DNA of 64,000 bases from Takakia lepidozioides (Eukaryota; Plantae; Bryophyta), in assembly GCA_030704615.1 (NCBI GenBank), contig CM060732.1, positions 73,346,001-73,410,000 of the forward strand, in the 5' to 3' direction. The translations under genes and the position numbers were made by a program. The notes under the pieces were generated by a model, which was not told the DNA's origin, made no database searches, and saw only the letters and a list, made by a program, of their open reading frames with translations. The stretch's first letter is position 1. Every line of letters starts with the position of its first letter. This document shows positions 7,924 through 17,728 of the stretch, piece by piece.

Positions 7924-10251
7924 CAACCACGGGACGCGTCCTCTACCTCTAAGCCCACTGGACTTAAGGTTGCAGTTACGGAGGACAATTGGGAGCCTGA
8001 CATTGGACCCATTGTCACCGGAGGAGAGAGACGACGTATACGGCGGTTCCTGAGGGCTTATAGGAATTGCTGTGCCTTCAGTTTGAAGGACTTGGGAGCA
8101 CTGAAGGGTCAAGAGATCCGTATTGAGTTGGCCACTGACACGCCAATCTTTCGGAGACCCTATAGATACAGTGACATGGAGAGGTCTTTGATTCAGATGA
8201 GGACTCAAGATCTCTGGGAGGCAGGTTTGGTGGAGCTCTCTGGTGGAGAGTATGCTTCAGCCACAGTGATGCCAGCTAAGAAGGATGTCTATGGCAATTG
8301 GACGGAGAGACGTATGTGCGGTGATTACCGGCCTGTAAATCGTCAGACCAAGTCCGATAGGTATGCCATGCCAACACCAGAGGAGATCTTTGATGCCATT
8401 GGGCATTCCAAGGTCTTTAGCACGTTGGATTTACGATCCGGATATCACCAGTTGCCGATCAAGGAGGCGGATAAGCAAAAAACGGCATTCTGGGGGATCA
8501 ACGAGCACGGGAAGGATTGCCTATACCAGTGGCGGTTCTTACCATTTGGGCTTAAAAACGCTCCCGCTGAGTTTCAAAGAGTCATGGACAGGATTCTAGC
8601 AGGGGTGGAGTTTGCTCGGTGCTACATAGATGACATCATCATCTTTAGTGCTACGGTGGAGGAGCATGAGAGACACCTTCAGGGGGTATTTGAGCGCTTG
8701 AGGACGCACGGATTGAAGTTACATCCGGGCAAGTGCAAGTTTTTCCACAACCAGATTGAGTATCTGGGTCACATGATATATCCTGGAGGATTGGGGGTAC
8801 AGCAGACTAAGGTAGAGTCCATTGCACAGGTTCCACGCCCCACGGATGTGAGCCGAGTTCGAGCTTTCATGGGGTTAGCAAACTATTACAGACGGTTTGT
8901 TAAGGGATTTAGTGCCATTGCAAAGGCTCTAACCAGGCTGACCAAGGTGGACCAGGAGTGGCAGTGGGAAGATGAGCAAGAACAAGCTTTTCAAGAGCTC
9001 AAGGCGAGGTTGACCTCGGCGCCCATCTTGAGACGACCTATCAGGGGGCGTCCTTTTCAGCTGCATACAGATTGGAGCATGCTGGGGCTTGGAGCGGTGC
9101 TCACACAGGTGGATGATGAGGGAAGAGAGTTCGTAGTGGCTTATGCTAGCCGCTCGAACAATGCTGCAGAGTCTAAGTATAGCTCATATGAGGGAGAATG
9201 CTTAGCTGCAGTGTGGGCCGTGGCACACTTCAGGTGCTATTTATACGGCAATCTCTTCACCCTTGTCACGGATCACCAACCACTCAAGTGGTTGATGGAG
9301 TCAGACAAGCTTACGGGGAAGCTTGCACGGTGGGCACTCATCCTTCAAGAGTATGACTTTCAGGTGGTGCATCGACCGGGTTTGGTCAATCGCAATGCAG
9401 ATGGGTTGAGTCGCAATCCATGCACGAGCCAGCAGGATGACACTGGAGCTCGGTGGCATGGTGAGACGGACGAGGAGATGGTGCCCGGATGGCATGCATC
9501 TGCATTTCTGTGTATCTTGGCAGCGGAAGGCCAGGTTGGACCTGCAACAGGGATGACTGTAGATCAAGTGTCTGAGGACCCTGAGGCCAGCAATGAGCAA
9601 GGTGGCGCCAAAGATATACATGAGGATTCAGCTGTGTTGGACTATCTTCGCACTGGAGACACGGCAGCCACTGTGACTGCCAAGGAGAGGGATCGGATCC
9701 TACAACGAGCCAAGAGGTTCAAGTGGGAGGGGACACACCTGCTCCGAGTGTGGGAGGATGGTCGAGTGAGGATTGTGCCTCACCCAACACAGCGGGCACG
9801 GTTAGTGCGGCATGCCCACGAGGAGTTGGGGCATTTTGGGGTGCGACGCACCCATAGCCTACTGCAGGGGCAGTATTGGTGGCGTGGTATGCACACAGAG
9901 GTGCAACAATTTGTGGCTAGGTGCATGGTGTGTGACAGGGTGCGTGCTTCATTCAACGCCCCTACTCCACAATTGCACCCTCTTCCGATCATGGGATTGG
10001 GCTACAGGTGGAGTCTTGACTTCGCAGGGCCGTTGCCACTGACCATGCGCCACAACAAGTACGTGTTGGTGATGGTGGAGCACTTCTCCAAGTGGATTGA
10101 ATTGGTTCCATTGCCTGATAAGGCTAGTGAGGGAGCTGCGTATGCATTCTTGGATTGTGTGCTTAGCCGATTCGGTGCTCCAGCTGAGGTACTCACGGAC
10201 CAAGGGAGAGAGTTCTTGGGGAGTTTCAGGCTTTGTGTGACAAGGCCTTGA
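7924..10251 (+). CDS. pol: Pol: reverse transcriptase, RNase H and integrase N-terminus/core
   Basis: RMCGDYRPVN, LDLRSGYHQ, LPFGLKNAP, YIDDI; RNase H LHTDWS..TDHQPL; integrase HEELGH..CMVC, SLDF, LTDQG. The frame is open from 7924 and is the same frame as the PR-DNMT ORF. Confidence 0.96.
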   Translation, partial: QPRDASSTSKPTGLKVAVTEDNWEPDIGPIVTGGERRRIRRFLRAYRNCCAFSLKDLGALKGQEIRIELATDTPIFRRPYRYSDMERSLIQMRTQDLWEAGLVELSGGEYASATVMPAKKDVYGNWTERRMCGDYRPVNRQTKSDRYAMPTPEEIFDAIGHSKVFSTLDLRSGYHQLPIKEADKQKTAFWGINEHGKDCLYQWRFLPFGLKNAPAEFQRVMDRILAGVEFARCYIDDIIIFSATVEEHERHLQGVFERLRTHGLKLHPGKCKFFHNQIEYLGHMIYPGGLGVQQTKVESIAQVPRPTDVSRVRAFMGLANYYRRFVKGFSAIAKALTRLTKVDQEWQWEDEQEQAFQELKARLTSAPILRRPIRGRPFQLHTDWSMLGLGAVLTQVDDEGREFVVAYASRSNNAAESKYSSYEGECLAAVWAVAHFRCYLYGNLFTLVTDHQPLKWLMESDKLTGKLARWALILQEYDFQVVHRPGLVNRNADGLSRNPCTSQQDDTGARWHGETDEEMVPGWHASAFLCILAAEGQVGPATGMTVDQVSEDPEASNEQGGAKDIHEDSAVLDYLRTGDTAATVTAKERDRILQRAKRFKWEGTHLLRVWEDGRVRIVPHPTQRARLVRHAHEELGHFGVRRTHSLLQGQYWWRGMHTEVQQFVARCMVCDRVRASFNAPTPQLHPLPIMGLGYRWSLDFAGPLPLTMRHNKYVLVMVEHFSKWIELVPLPDKASEGAAYAFLDCVLSRFGAPAEVLTDQGREFLGSFRLCVTRP

Positions 10252-11057
10252 TAGACCACCGCACCACTTCTCGGGATCATCCTGAGGCCGATGGCTTGGC
10301 AGAGAGAGTTGTTCAGACAGTAAAGAGGGGTTTGCGCAAGTATGGCTTGCAGAAGGGACACCTAGGAGATTGGGACCTTCAGTTACCCTGGTTAGCCATG
10401 GGCTACAGGTTCAGCAAGCAAGCATCACTTGCCTCCTTCTCACCATACTTTCTTCTCTTTGGCCGAGAGCCGGATTTGCCTACATCCATTCGCAGAGAAG
10501 CTGCTACAGTTCTTAACCTTGACGATCCGGACGTATGGGCACGTGCATGTGAGTAGCGTGCAGAGTTGTTCAAGAGAGTCATGCCCATGGCTTTCGAGAA
10601 CCTTGCCATTGCACAACACCGTGATACGTTGAGGTATGCTACCATACGTGGTGGGGGCTATCGTCCTGGGGTTCGGAGATTCAACCCTGGTGACTATGTC
10701 TATCTGCAGCAGACTGCTCCTACGACCCTGGATGTAACTGCAGGACGTGTTATTTTGAGGGTACGAGAGGTCTTGCCCTCAGGCGTCTTGGTCTTGGAGG
10801 GTCGGGATGGCATAACTTGGAAGGACCATGTGCGTAATTGTGCGCCATGTCACCTTCCGAATGTCGATGGCAGGATTGACCCAAACCTGGCAGTGGTATC
10901 TGCAGGTTTGAGGTGCATGTTGTGTGGGTCTGCTAAAGGGGCAGCCACCATGCTGGTGTGTGATCGATGCTCTAGAGGTTGGCATATGGGGTGCTTGACT
11001 CCACCTCTTGAGATGGTTCCAGATGGGGATTGGTTATGTCCACAATGCATTGGATAG
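10233..11057 (+). CDS. Integrase C-part ending in a PHD finger (in-frame TAG at 10554-10556)
   Basis: HPEADGLAER catalytic Glu, SPYFLLFGR; C4HC3 PHD CMLC..LVCDRCSRGWHMGCLTPPL..VPDGDWLCPQC (10914-11050). Confidence 0.92.
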
Positions 11058-11304
11058 TGGGAGTGGATACAACCATGGGAGGCTAACAAGCAACGCAAGG
11101 CCCAGCTACAGGAGACCTTGAATACACGAAGTCCTGGCTCAAGTTCACAGATTGCAAGACGGCGACTAACGATGGGGCTACTCTTGTACCCGGCCTCTTG
11201 GTCTATAGAGTTTGAGTGCGATAGGGACAGTGATACAGGACTTAGTACGGCTATGGCTATTACGTCTTGTAGCTATCTGGAGGTAGAGGGACCTATCCAC
11301 CAGC

Positions 11305-11316
11305 TAGGGGGGCGAT
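11305..11316 (+). promoter_or_regulatory. Polypurine tract
   Basis: TAGGGGGGCGAT immediately before the TG start of the 3' LTR. Confidence 0.7.
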
Positions 11317-11752
11317 TGTGGTAAACTACTTTATTGTGCATATATGTGTGGTGTGGTTTGGACAGCGATGTAGTTGTGTAGCGATATGTATGCGCACGAC
11401 AGCTGTCAAGTTAAATAAGCACAGTGTGAAAACAGCTAGAATAAAACTAGTTATTTGTATTTAACACTTGGATTTAGGTCAAGTGTTAAATCAGGTGTCA
11501 AGTTTAGTTTGACACCTGGTCCGTCTTATCTTCACGAGAGCGGCAGTCGCGCGGCTCATCTTTCTCGAGTTGAGCCTGCGTGACCGAGCTCATGCATGTG
11601 TTTAGATTTGAGTGTGCTTATGTAGGGGTACAGGTTGTTGTGGGGTGGAGTCCCCATAGCTTGGGGTGCCCCTGGCTCGACTACTATTTTCTAAGAGTGA
11701 TGGTTTGGTTTTCATGTTTTGTGTAAACAGTGTGTTCGTTGGTTTTCTATCA
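11317..11752 (+). repeat. 3' LTR (436 bp, TG...CA)
   Basis: Starts TGTGG after the PPT and ends CTATCA exactly where the match to 1-180 stops. Confidence 0.88.
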
Positions 11753-11753
11753 T

Positions 11754-11846
11754 TGTGGTAAACTACTTTATTGTGCATATATGTGTGGTGTGGTTTGGAC
11801 AGCGATGTAGTTGTGTAGCGATATGTATGCGCACGACAATTGTCAA
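11754..11846 (+). repeat. Tandem partial copy of the LTR start
   Basis: 11754-11838 is identical to 11317-11401, and similarity continues to ~11846. Confidence 0.9.
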
Positions 11847-12929
11847 TAGAGGTTTAGATTCATGCATCTGTTTAAGGTACATGAAAGTTCAAACCCCGAT
11901 GGAGTGCCATCCCATCAGTTGGGAAGACGTTGCTATTGGACCACCAATAGCTTTGGGCAGGGAGTAGGACTAGCTATCTTGGAATTTTTATCATCAAATC
12001 TTTTGGTGGATGATTCTTGTTTTGCTGGAATTCAGTTCACAATCGTTTGTGGCCAAAGCGCTATGAGCTCTTTTAGCTGAGGATTGTGTGCCCCATCTCA
12101 GTCTCATTCTGCAAATTTCAGCATTTTTTTTACGACCGCTTACAAATCAGACCCCTTGATTAAAAAGGTGGACGCGTTGCCGAAGCAGGTGTAACTTATG
12201 GTGTCACTTGACCGAGAAGGGCTACTACCTTCCGGTAGGATGGTGGACACCTGGCCCTTTGATTATAGTGGGAGGAGAAAATAACCTCTTTCGTAGTACT
12301 CTCGCCATGACACAAAAATGCGTCATATTCTCAATGAGTGCATATTTTGAATGGGTGCACATATTGAGTCAAACCTGGGCCCCTTATTCATCATTACCTT
12401 TACTTCTATTAATTATTATGTCATGGTTTGCATTTTTTTGGGGGCTCTGCGTGTGTAGTGAGTAAGTAGTAAGTGAGAGGGGAAGAGAGCTCCCAACTCT
12501 CTTTATATACCCTCACCGTGCGGTGGGACCTTCTAAAACCCCGCCGAGCCCTCAACGGTGGAACCCTTCTAGAAGGTTGCCTCCACCACGTACACTTCTC
12601 CAAGCCTACGGCTGTTGGGTCTCACTGCCACACCATCCATGTATTAATGTCCCCGACATGGGGTGCGCAGTTTTCCGGGCCCTCTCCGAGCCCTCTTCTT
12701 AGCCTTAATACAGGTTTTCCCGTTCCACTGTGGGCCCTAGTTAATTCCTGGACCACTTTCTAATCCCAACACCCCATTTCAAATCTGGCCCCCTTATTGA
12801 GTTGCAAATGACAGCTGCTAAGAGTGCCATGATAGCTGCTAAGAGTATGACAACGAATTTGTATTGGCTGTAAGGTGTCTACATCCCAGAGCTGACGATC
12901 TCGATATTAATAAAATAATATTAATAAAA

Positions 12930-13141
12930 TTAGGACCGCCAGCTTTGGCAGTCCCAATAATAATTTAAAAAAAAGACCCACCAGCTTTGGCAGTCCTAAT
13001 ATTAATTAAAAAACATAAAAATAATTAAAAATATGATTTTTTCGGGGGTGACCAGTGGACGACCGAGCAACTGTGAGGCGCATTTTTTATTAATGAAAAA
13101 CAAAATTACAGCCGCCAGCTTTGGTGGTTCCATATTAATTA

Positions 13142-13175
<34 letters not shown>
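12930..13175. repeat. AT-rich tract with three CCAGCTTTGG-core repeats and an (AAT)n microsatellite; likely TE remnant
   Basis: Motif near 12934, 12975 and 13111; (AAT)n at ~13146-13174. Confidence 0.5.
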
Positions 13176-13628
13176 TTTGTTTCAATATTTTCTGGACGAC
13201 GTCTCGGGTCAAAAATTTGGTGCACCAAGTATTGGTGCATTTTGGGTGATGGGCGGGCAACCGTGGACCCCTTTATTATTATTAAAATATAATAATAATA
13301 ATTAAAAAAATAGGACCACCATCCCGAATTTAATAAAAATAAATAAATAAAATAAACATGGCCACTGTCGCCTAACCGTTGCCCGGCTGTCATTGTCATC
13401 TTGCGGTCATCCGGAGCTGGGGTCGCCCATTGCTCGACTGTTCATAATGATGGGGGAGCCCAATACTGTTCGCTAGCAAACTGTTGCATAGGCATATGGT
13501 ATACTTTAGCCGGAGCTAGCGTAGACACTTTCAATCTTTCTTTTGTTGAGAATTAAAATTGTAAGCGATGTGATAGCTTTGAAGTGCATGGTATGTAGGA
13601 GGGAGTTGGTGTTACAGATAGTTTGAGG

Positions 13629-14317
13629 CAGCGTTTTTTTTTCATTTAAGAACTTGAGCCACGTTGGCTCCTGGCTGGCCTATCAGGAAAATCAATTGGC
13701 ATGTGATCTCGAACCGGTGGCTACTGTCAAGAATGTTTGATGAGTTTTATGCGAACTCAACTCATGTAGTGTTCGGTTTGTGGGAGCGACAAGAGAGGTA
13801 ATTTTTTCTAAGTAACAACGACACTGCATATTGCAAAGCCTAGCACAACTCTGTCACATGGATACAATCCATTGACAAATATGACTAATCTTGTCCAAGA
13901 TCAACAACTCTGCTCAAAGCCTCATGTGCTGGTGCAAGTCTGCTTAAATGGAGGTGCATGCCACGGATACTAGGCGGGTAAGCGAAACCTAAATGAGAGT
14001 TCCCTCCATAGCTCGACCCCTTGGCAAAAGCGGGAAGAGTTTGAACCCAAGGCTTTGCTCCTTGCGCTAGTAGGGTGGTAGGGTTTCTAGAAATCGATAC
14101 GCAAGATCATCTGGATCTAACGAACCCAAATGGCATGTGGCTCTTTTCCTGTGCGACAGTTGTATAGGCGGCGTCCTCATTGCAGCGACATGATGGCGTT
14201 AGGGAGGGCAGTAATGCGAAATAGTGCCATATTTTAACCCATAATTCCTTTGTAAATTTAGTGAGGCCAATTTCTGGATCGAAAAGTGGCGAAATTTTGC
14301 GCATAAAAAAAATGTTG
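13629..14317 (+). mobile_element. hAT-like MITE, decayed copy
   Basis: Collinear with 25347-26043; TIR CAGCGT(n)...A(n)TGTTG; degenerate 8-bp TSD GTTTGAGG/GTCTAAGG. Confidence 0.8.
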
Positions 14318-15496
14318 GTCTAAGGTTTTCTATCAGGATTTGAATGTTGGGGGTTTGCGACCCATTATAATGGACCTCCCATTGATGAAATGGTAGTATG
14401 GTGTTAAGTTGATCCAACAAAGTGCAGCCACTGAGCCATTGCTATTCTGTGACGCCCACAATCGTTTTTCTAAAGATAAACATCCTAGTGCTTTAATTTA
14501 AAGTAAGAACAACCCCTCATTCTCACGCCCTTTATCACAGCCCCCCCTCGCCACCGAACACTTAGACAACGTGCGAGGGCAAAGGCAAGCCACGTTGAGG
14601 GAGTGGCACAAAATCTCTTGCCATACTCTGATGTCATTTCATAGATTTTGGAGTTTGACTCCGCACCTATCACTTTCTCCCCTTTTGGCGATTGAAGTTT
14701 GCATTGGAAAGCTCTCAATCTGGACTACAATCTTTCTATTGGCAGCTCTTCACTAGACCAGGATTCAGGAAGGTACCAAAAAAAAGGTTTGTGTTGCATT
14801 AGGGGTGAATGCACTTAAGTGATGAAAAAGCTGCAGATTAATGACCCAAGGTGACCTATTGGGCCATATGTTTGAAAACTCCTCAATGAACCTCTGATTT
14901 CTGTTGGCTAATTACATCATCTATCTGTTAATAGAAGAGTTTCACAGCAAGTTCATAGCTTTACGGCGAGCAACAACTTGGAATTCAGCTTTGCCCTAAA
15001 AACCTCACAACCCCTATTGAATTTCCTCAACCCCTAAAGGCCTACAGCTTTTTTCACCTATCTGCACCTCTGGCCAGCTTTTTATTCATAACTACAAACC
15101 TAACAAAGATTTACAAAACTTCACCCCTGGATAAAGTTTCTTATTACCTGCACTTGAGCAGGTAACCCAGTGGTTGGGTATTTGTAAGCATAACCTGGGT
15201 GATCCTGGGTTCAATCCTTCAACATGCTTCATTCCGTCCATTGGCCCCTCGATGGGCGCAGTGTTGAGCTATAAATTCACTGGATGTTAAAGAAACTTTA
15301 TCTTTATCCTTACCACAATAAACCCCTACACCTATTTGCACCTTAAATTTTACGAGATTTTTTAAGAACGTTATAATATTTTCCGTGAGGCTGAAAAGGG
15401 AAGTGATCTCTGCAAAACAGGGATAAACTTCACAAATCTTATCACATTCCAAAATGGCAAAGCCAGTCGAGTTCAATTTGCACACCAACAGTCACT

Positions 15497-15723
15497 GGTA
15501 AGCTTAGCTCAGTTGGATAGTGCACTGAGTGCCACCCAGATGATTCTGGTTAGCCTAGATCCTGCTACCTTGACAGGTGTGGTATGTTCTTCTCCTCCTT
15601 CCCGTTTGGTCGGTGTCCCATTTCTACGCCTTCATGGCGAGGTTAGGATTTTCTCTCACTACAATTAAGGGGCCTGATTTGTGAGCTGTCGCTCCCAGGT
15701 GTTTCCCTTTGTTTACAAAAAAA
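15497..15723 (+). mobile_element. Possible tRNA-derived SINE
   Basis: A-box-like TAGCTCAGTTGG at the 5' end, degenerate B box, short A tail; no clear TSD. Confidence 0.3.
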
Positions 15724-15729
15724 GTTTAC

Positions 15730-16400
15730 ACGAGAAGATGCCTCATCATGTTTGTCAACTTATATCATAAATCTTTCAGAGGTTTTGAACAAGGCTTACA
15801 TCATACATGTACCTTCTTGATAATAATCTGGACGGGGGGTCTAGAGCTGCATGTTCTGGAATTTCCCAGGCAGGTTTTGAGAGAATCATTGGAAAAACAG
15901 GAAGACCCCAATGTGAATAAAGCCGGAAACATACTCCTATATTTGTGATGAAATCTACTCACTGGAACCCCTTTGCCTATAAGGGGTATTCTTAATTCTT
16001 CTCTGGACCTTTGGTTCTCGAGGCTTTTCCACTGGGCTACTCTCTGAAGAGACAGGGAACTTGCTCTAAATGTTCAGATATGTGGTACCTTCCTTTATCT
16101 ACAAGGGGCTCTCCGAAAATTTTGGGCAGGCAGTGTAGCCACTCTTGTTATATGGAAACAGCCAAAAAAAGGTTTTCTAGAAATGCTGGAGGTGACGAGA
16201 ACTCCTGTCGAGTTGGGAACTGCCACAAAACCTGCATGATATCCATTCCTTTGAGATTGGGTCTGTCCTTCTCAACCTCTAATTTCAGATAAGCCCTACT
16301 TGTAATAAACACTGTGAAGGGTGGTCTTATGAAGCCTGGCCACTCTGACATGCTGTGCAATAGAAATGCAATCTCATACAAGTCAAATCCATGGCTGCTC
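15730..16400 (-). pseudogene. Possible highly decayed L1-like RT remnant
   Basis: AYLKLEVEK resembles the L1 LKLDFEKA motif; many stops. Confidence 0.25.
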
Positions 16401-17146
16401 CATCATATAGGTGTGATCCTGAAGTGGTGAAGTTAGCAGGACAACCAACATGGACGTCATTGACAACCAAGTGACATTCAAAAGAAGGTAGATATCAGCA
16501 GCACAACCACGTGTACCGGGTCAGCAGAACTACATGAGAGAAGGTTATGCGAAGAAAACCGTAAGGTCACAACAATAGGTCACCACAATATTTCGTCAGT
16601 CCAGCAGACCTACAGAATTGTTCTATCAAATCCTTCAAACAGTCAGCCGAATGTCGACCAGAGATGGTCACATCCTACACTGGAACAACCATGGCATGTG
16701 TGCCTAGACGCTCTCCTTTCTGGAAGCAAGGAGGTGTATATCATAGCTGGGCCTCTTCGACAGTCGAGCCATTTTTACAAGCCAAGAACTGTCAACCTAC
16801 AAAACTTTGGTACAAATATCTACACTCCATCTCTCTGAATGTTTAAGACGACCTTGAGGGGAAGGAATAGACTGGTGAACTCGCGGAAGTCTAGCCTTCT
16901 ACCCACTGGGCTGGTTCTATATTTCCCAACCACTTCAAATGTAATTAAGTCCGAAAATGTTCCGCAAAAATATGACTCCAGCCATTTCCCAGGCAGAAGC
17001 ATTCCCGCCCAGAACGACAGTATCCACGAACCTTAAGGAGATTGCAAGGGCAGTTTCCAAATGTCTCTGTTTGCGGGAATTGCCCAGATGTAAACAAAGC
17101 CACAGTTGCACTGGATCACATAGAATCCATCGACGTGGTTTGCAGA

Positions 17147-17728
17147 TCAAAGTTTCACCTGATGGTCGCAAACAAAGCTCTGTATTGTGGCGTTCGCAAT
17201 GAAAACGGTGACGTCGCAATCAGAGGTGGTCACGGCATGATGCTTGAAAGCTTTGAGAACCTGTACTGTGCCAGTGAGCCCAGTGTGAGTATGCACTGGA
17301 AGAATTCCATTCGATATATCGCTGGGCAGGTGAGAGTCGAGAAGAACCCGATCAGCTTCCACAGACAGAAGCAGAGAGAGAAAGTCGTCCTTTTGCGGGA
17401 GGATCTCACCAGCAGGAATAGGGGCCACCCCCACTGGATTTCCATAGTAGTACAGCATGGTGGTACTATCAGTGTAATGGAAGCTCACTTTGTTGGGGTT
17501 GTGCACCGTCAGGTCAACCAGCAACGACAGATTGAACGTCGGCCCGGCAGAAGGCGATCCAAACCCAATGTGAAACCCCTCCAACTCTATGGAGTTCACA
17601 TACACTGTCGGATCCTTGGCCTTGAAGAACGTAAATCCTAGAATGGCTGCAACCGTCGCCACCAGCAGCACCACCGCCAGCGATACCCACAGACATTGTG
17701 ACCGTTGCTTGCTCTCATACGCAGTCAT
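17147..17728 (-). CDS. LEA_2 / NDR1-HIN1-like protein, intronless
   Basis: N-terminal TM helix, FKAKDP, LTVHNPNKVSFHY, terminal DCDV...C; ATG at 17728. Confidence 0.9.
   Translation of the reverse strand: MTAYESKQRSQCLWVSLAVVLLVATVAAILGFTFFKAKDPTVYVNSIELEGFHIGFGSPSAGPTFNLSLLVDLTVHNPNKVSFHYTDSTTMLYYYGNPVGVAPIPAGEILPQKDDFLSLLLSVEADRVLLDSHLPSDISNGILPVHTHTGLTGTVQVLKAFKHHAVTTSDCDVTVFIANATIQSFVCDHQVKL

Larger units (their letters stand above)
1..11752 (+). mobile_element. Ty3/Gypsy LTR retrotransposon (Gag-PR-DNMT-RT-RNaseH-INT-PHD); 5' LTR truncated by the window edge
   Basis: Domain order PR-RT-RH-INT. 1-180 matches 11573-11752 (2 mismatches by my count). A PPT precedes the 3' LTR. Coding region 3722-11057 is broken only by two apparent 1-nt deletions and two in-frame TAGs. 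Confidence 0.95.

Noticed and set aside
5740-11057. DIRS-type element with methyltransferase
   Set aside because: A DDE integrase and protease are present, there is no tyrosine recombinase, and the MTase is C5-type rather than Dam-like.
11317-11838. TRIM with 85-bp terminal repeats
   Set aside because: No TSD, and the 'internal' part matches the 5' LTR of the large element.
15160-15220. tRNA gene
   Set aside because: A/B-box-like motifs only; no convincing cloverleaf.
17042-17641. 199-aa plus-strand ORF
   Set aside because: Antisense shadow of the LEA_2 gene.
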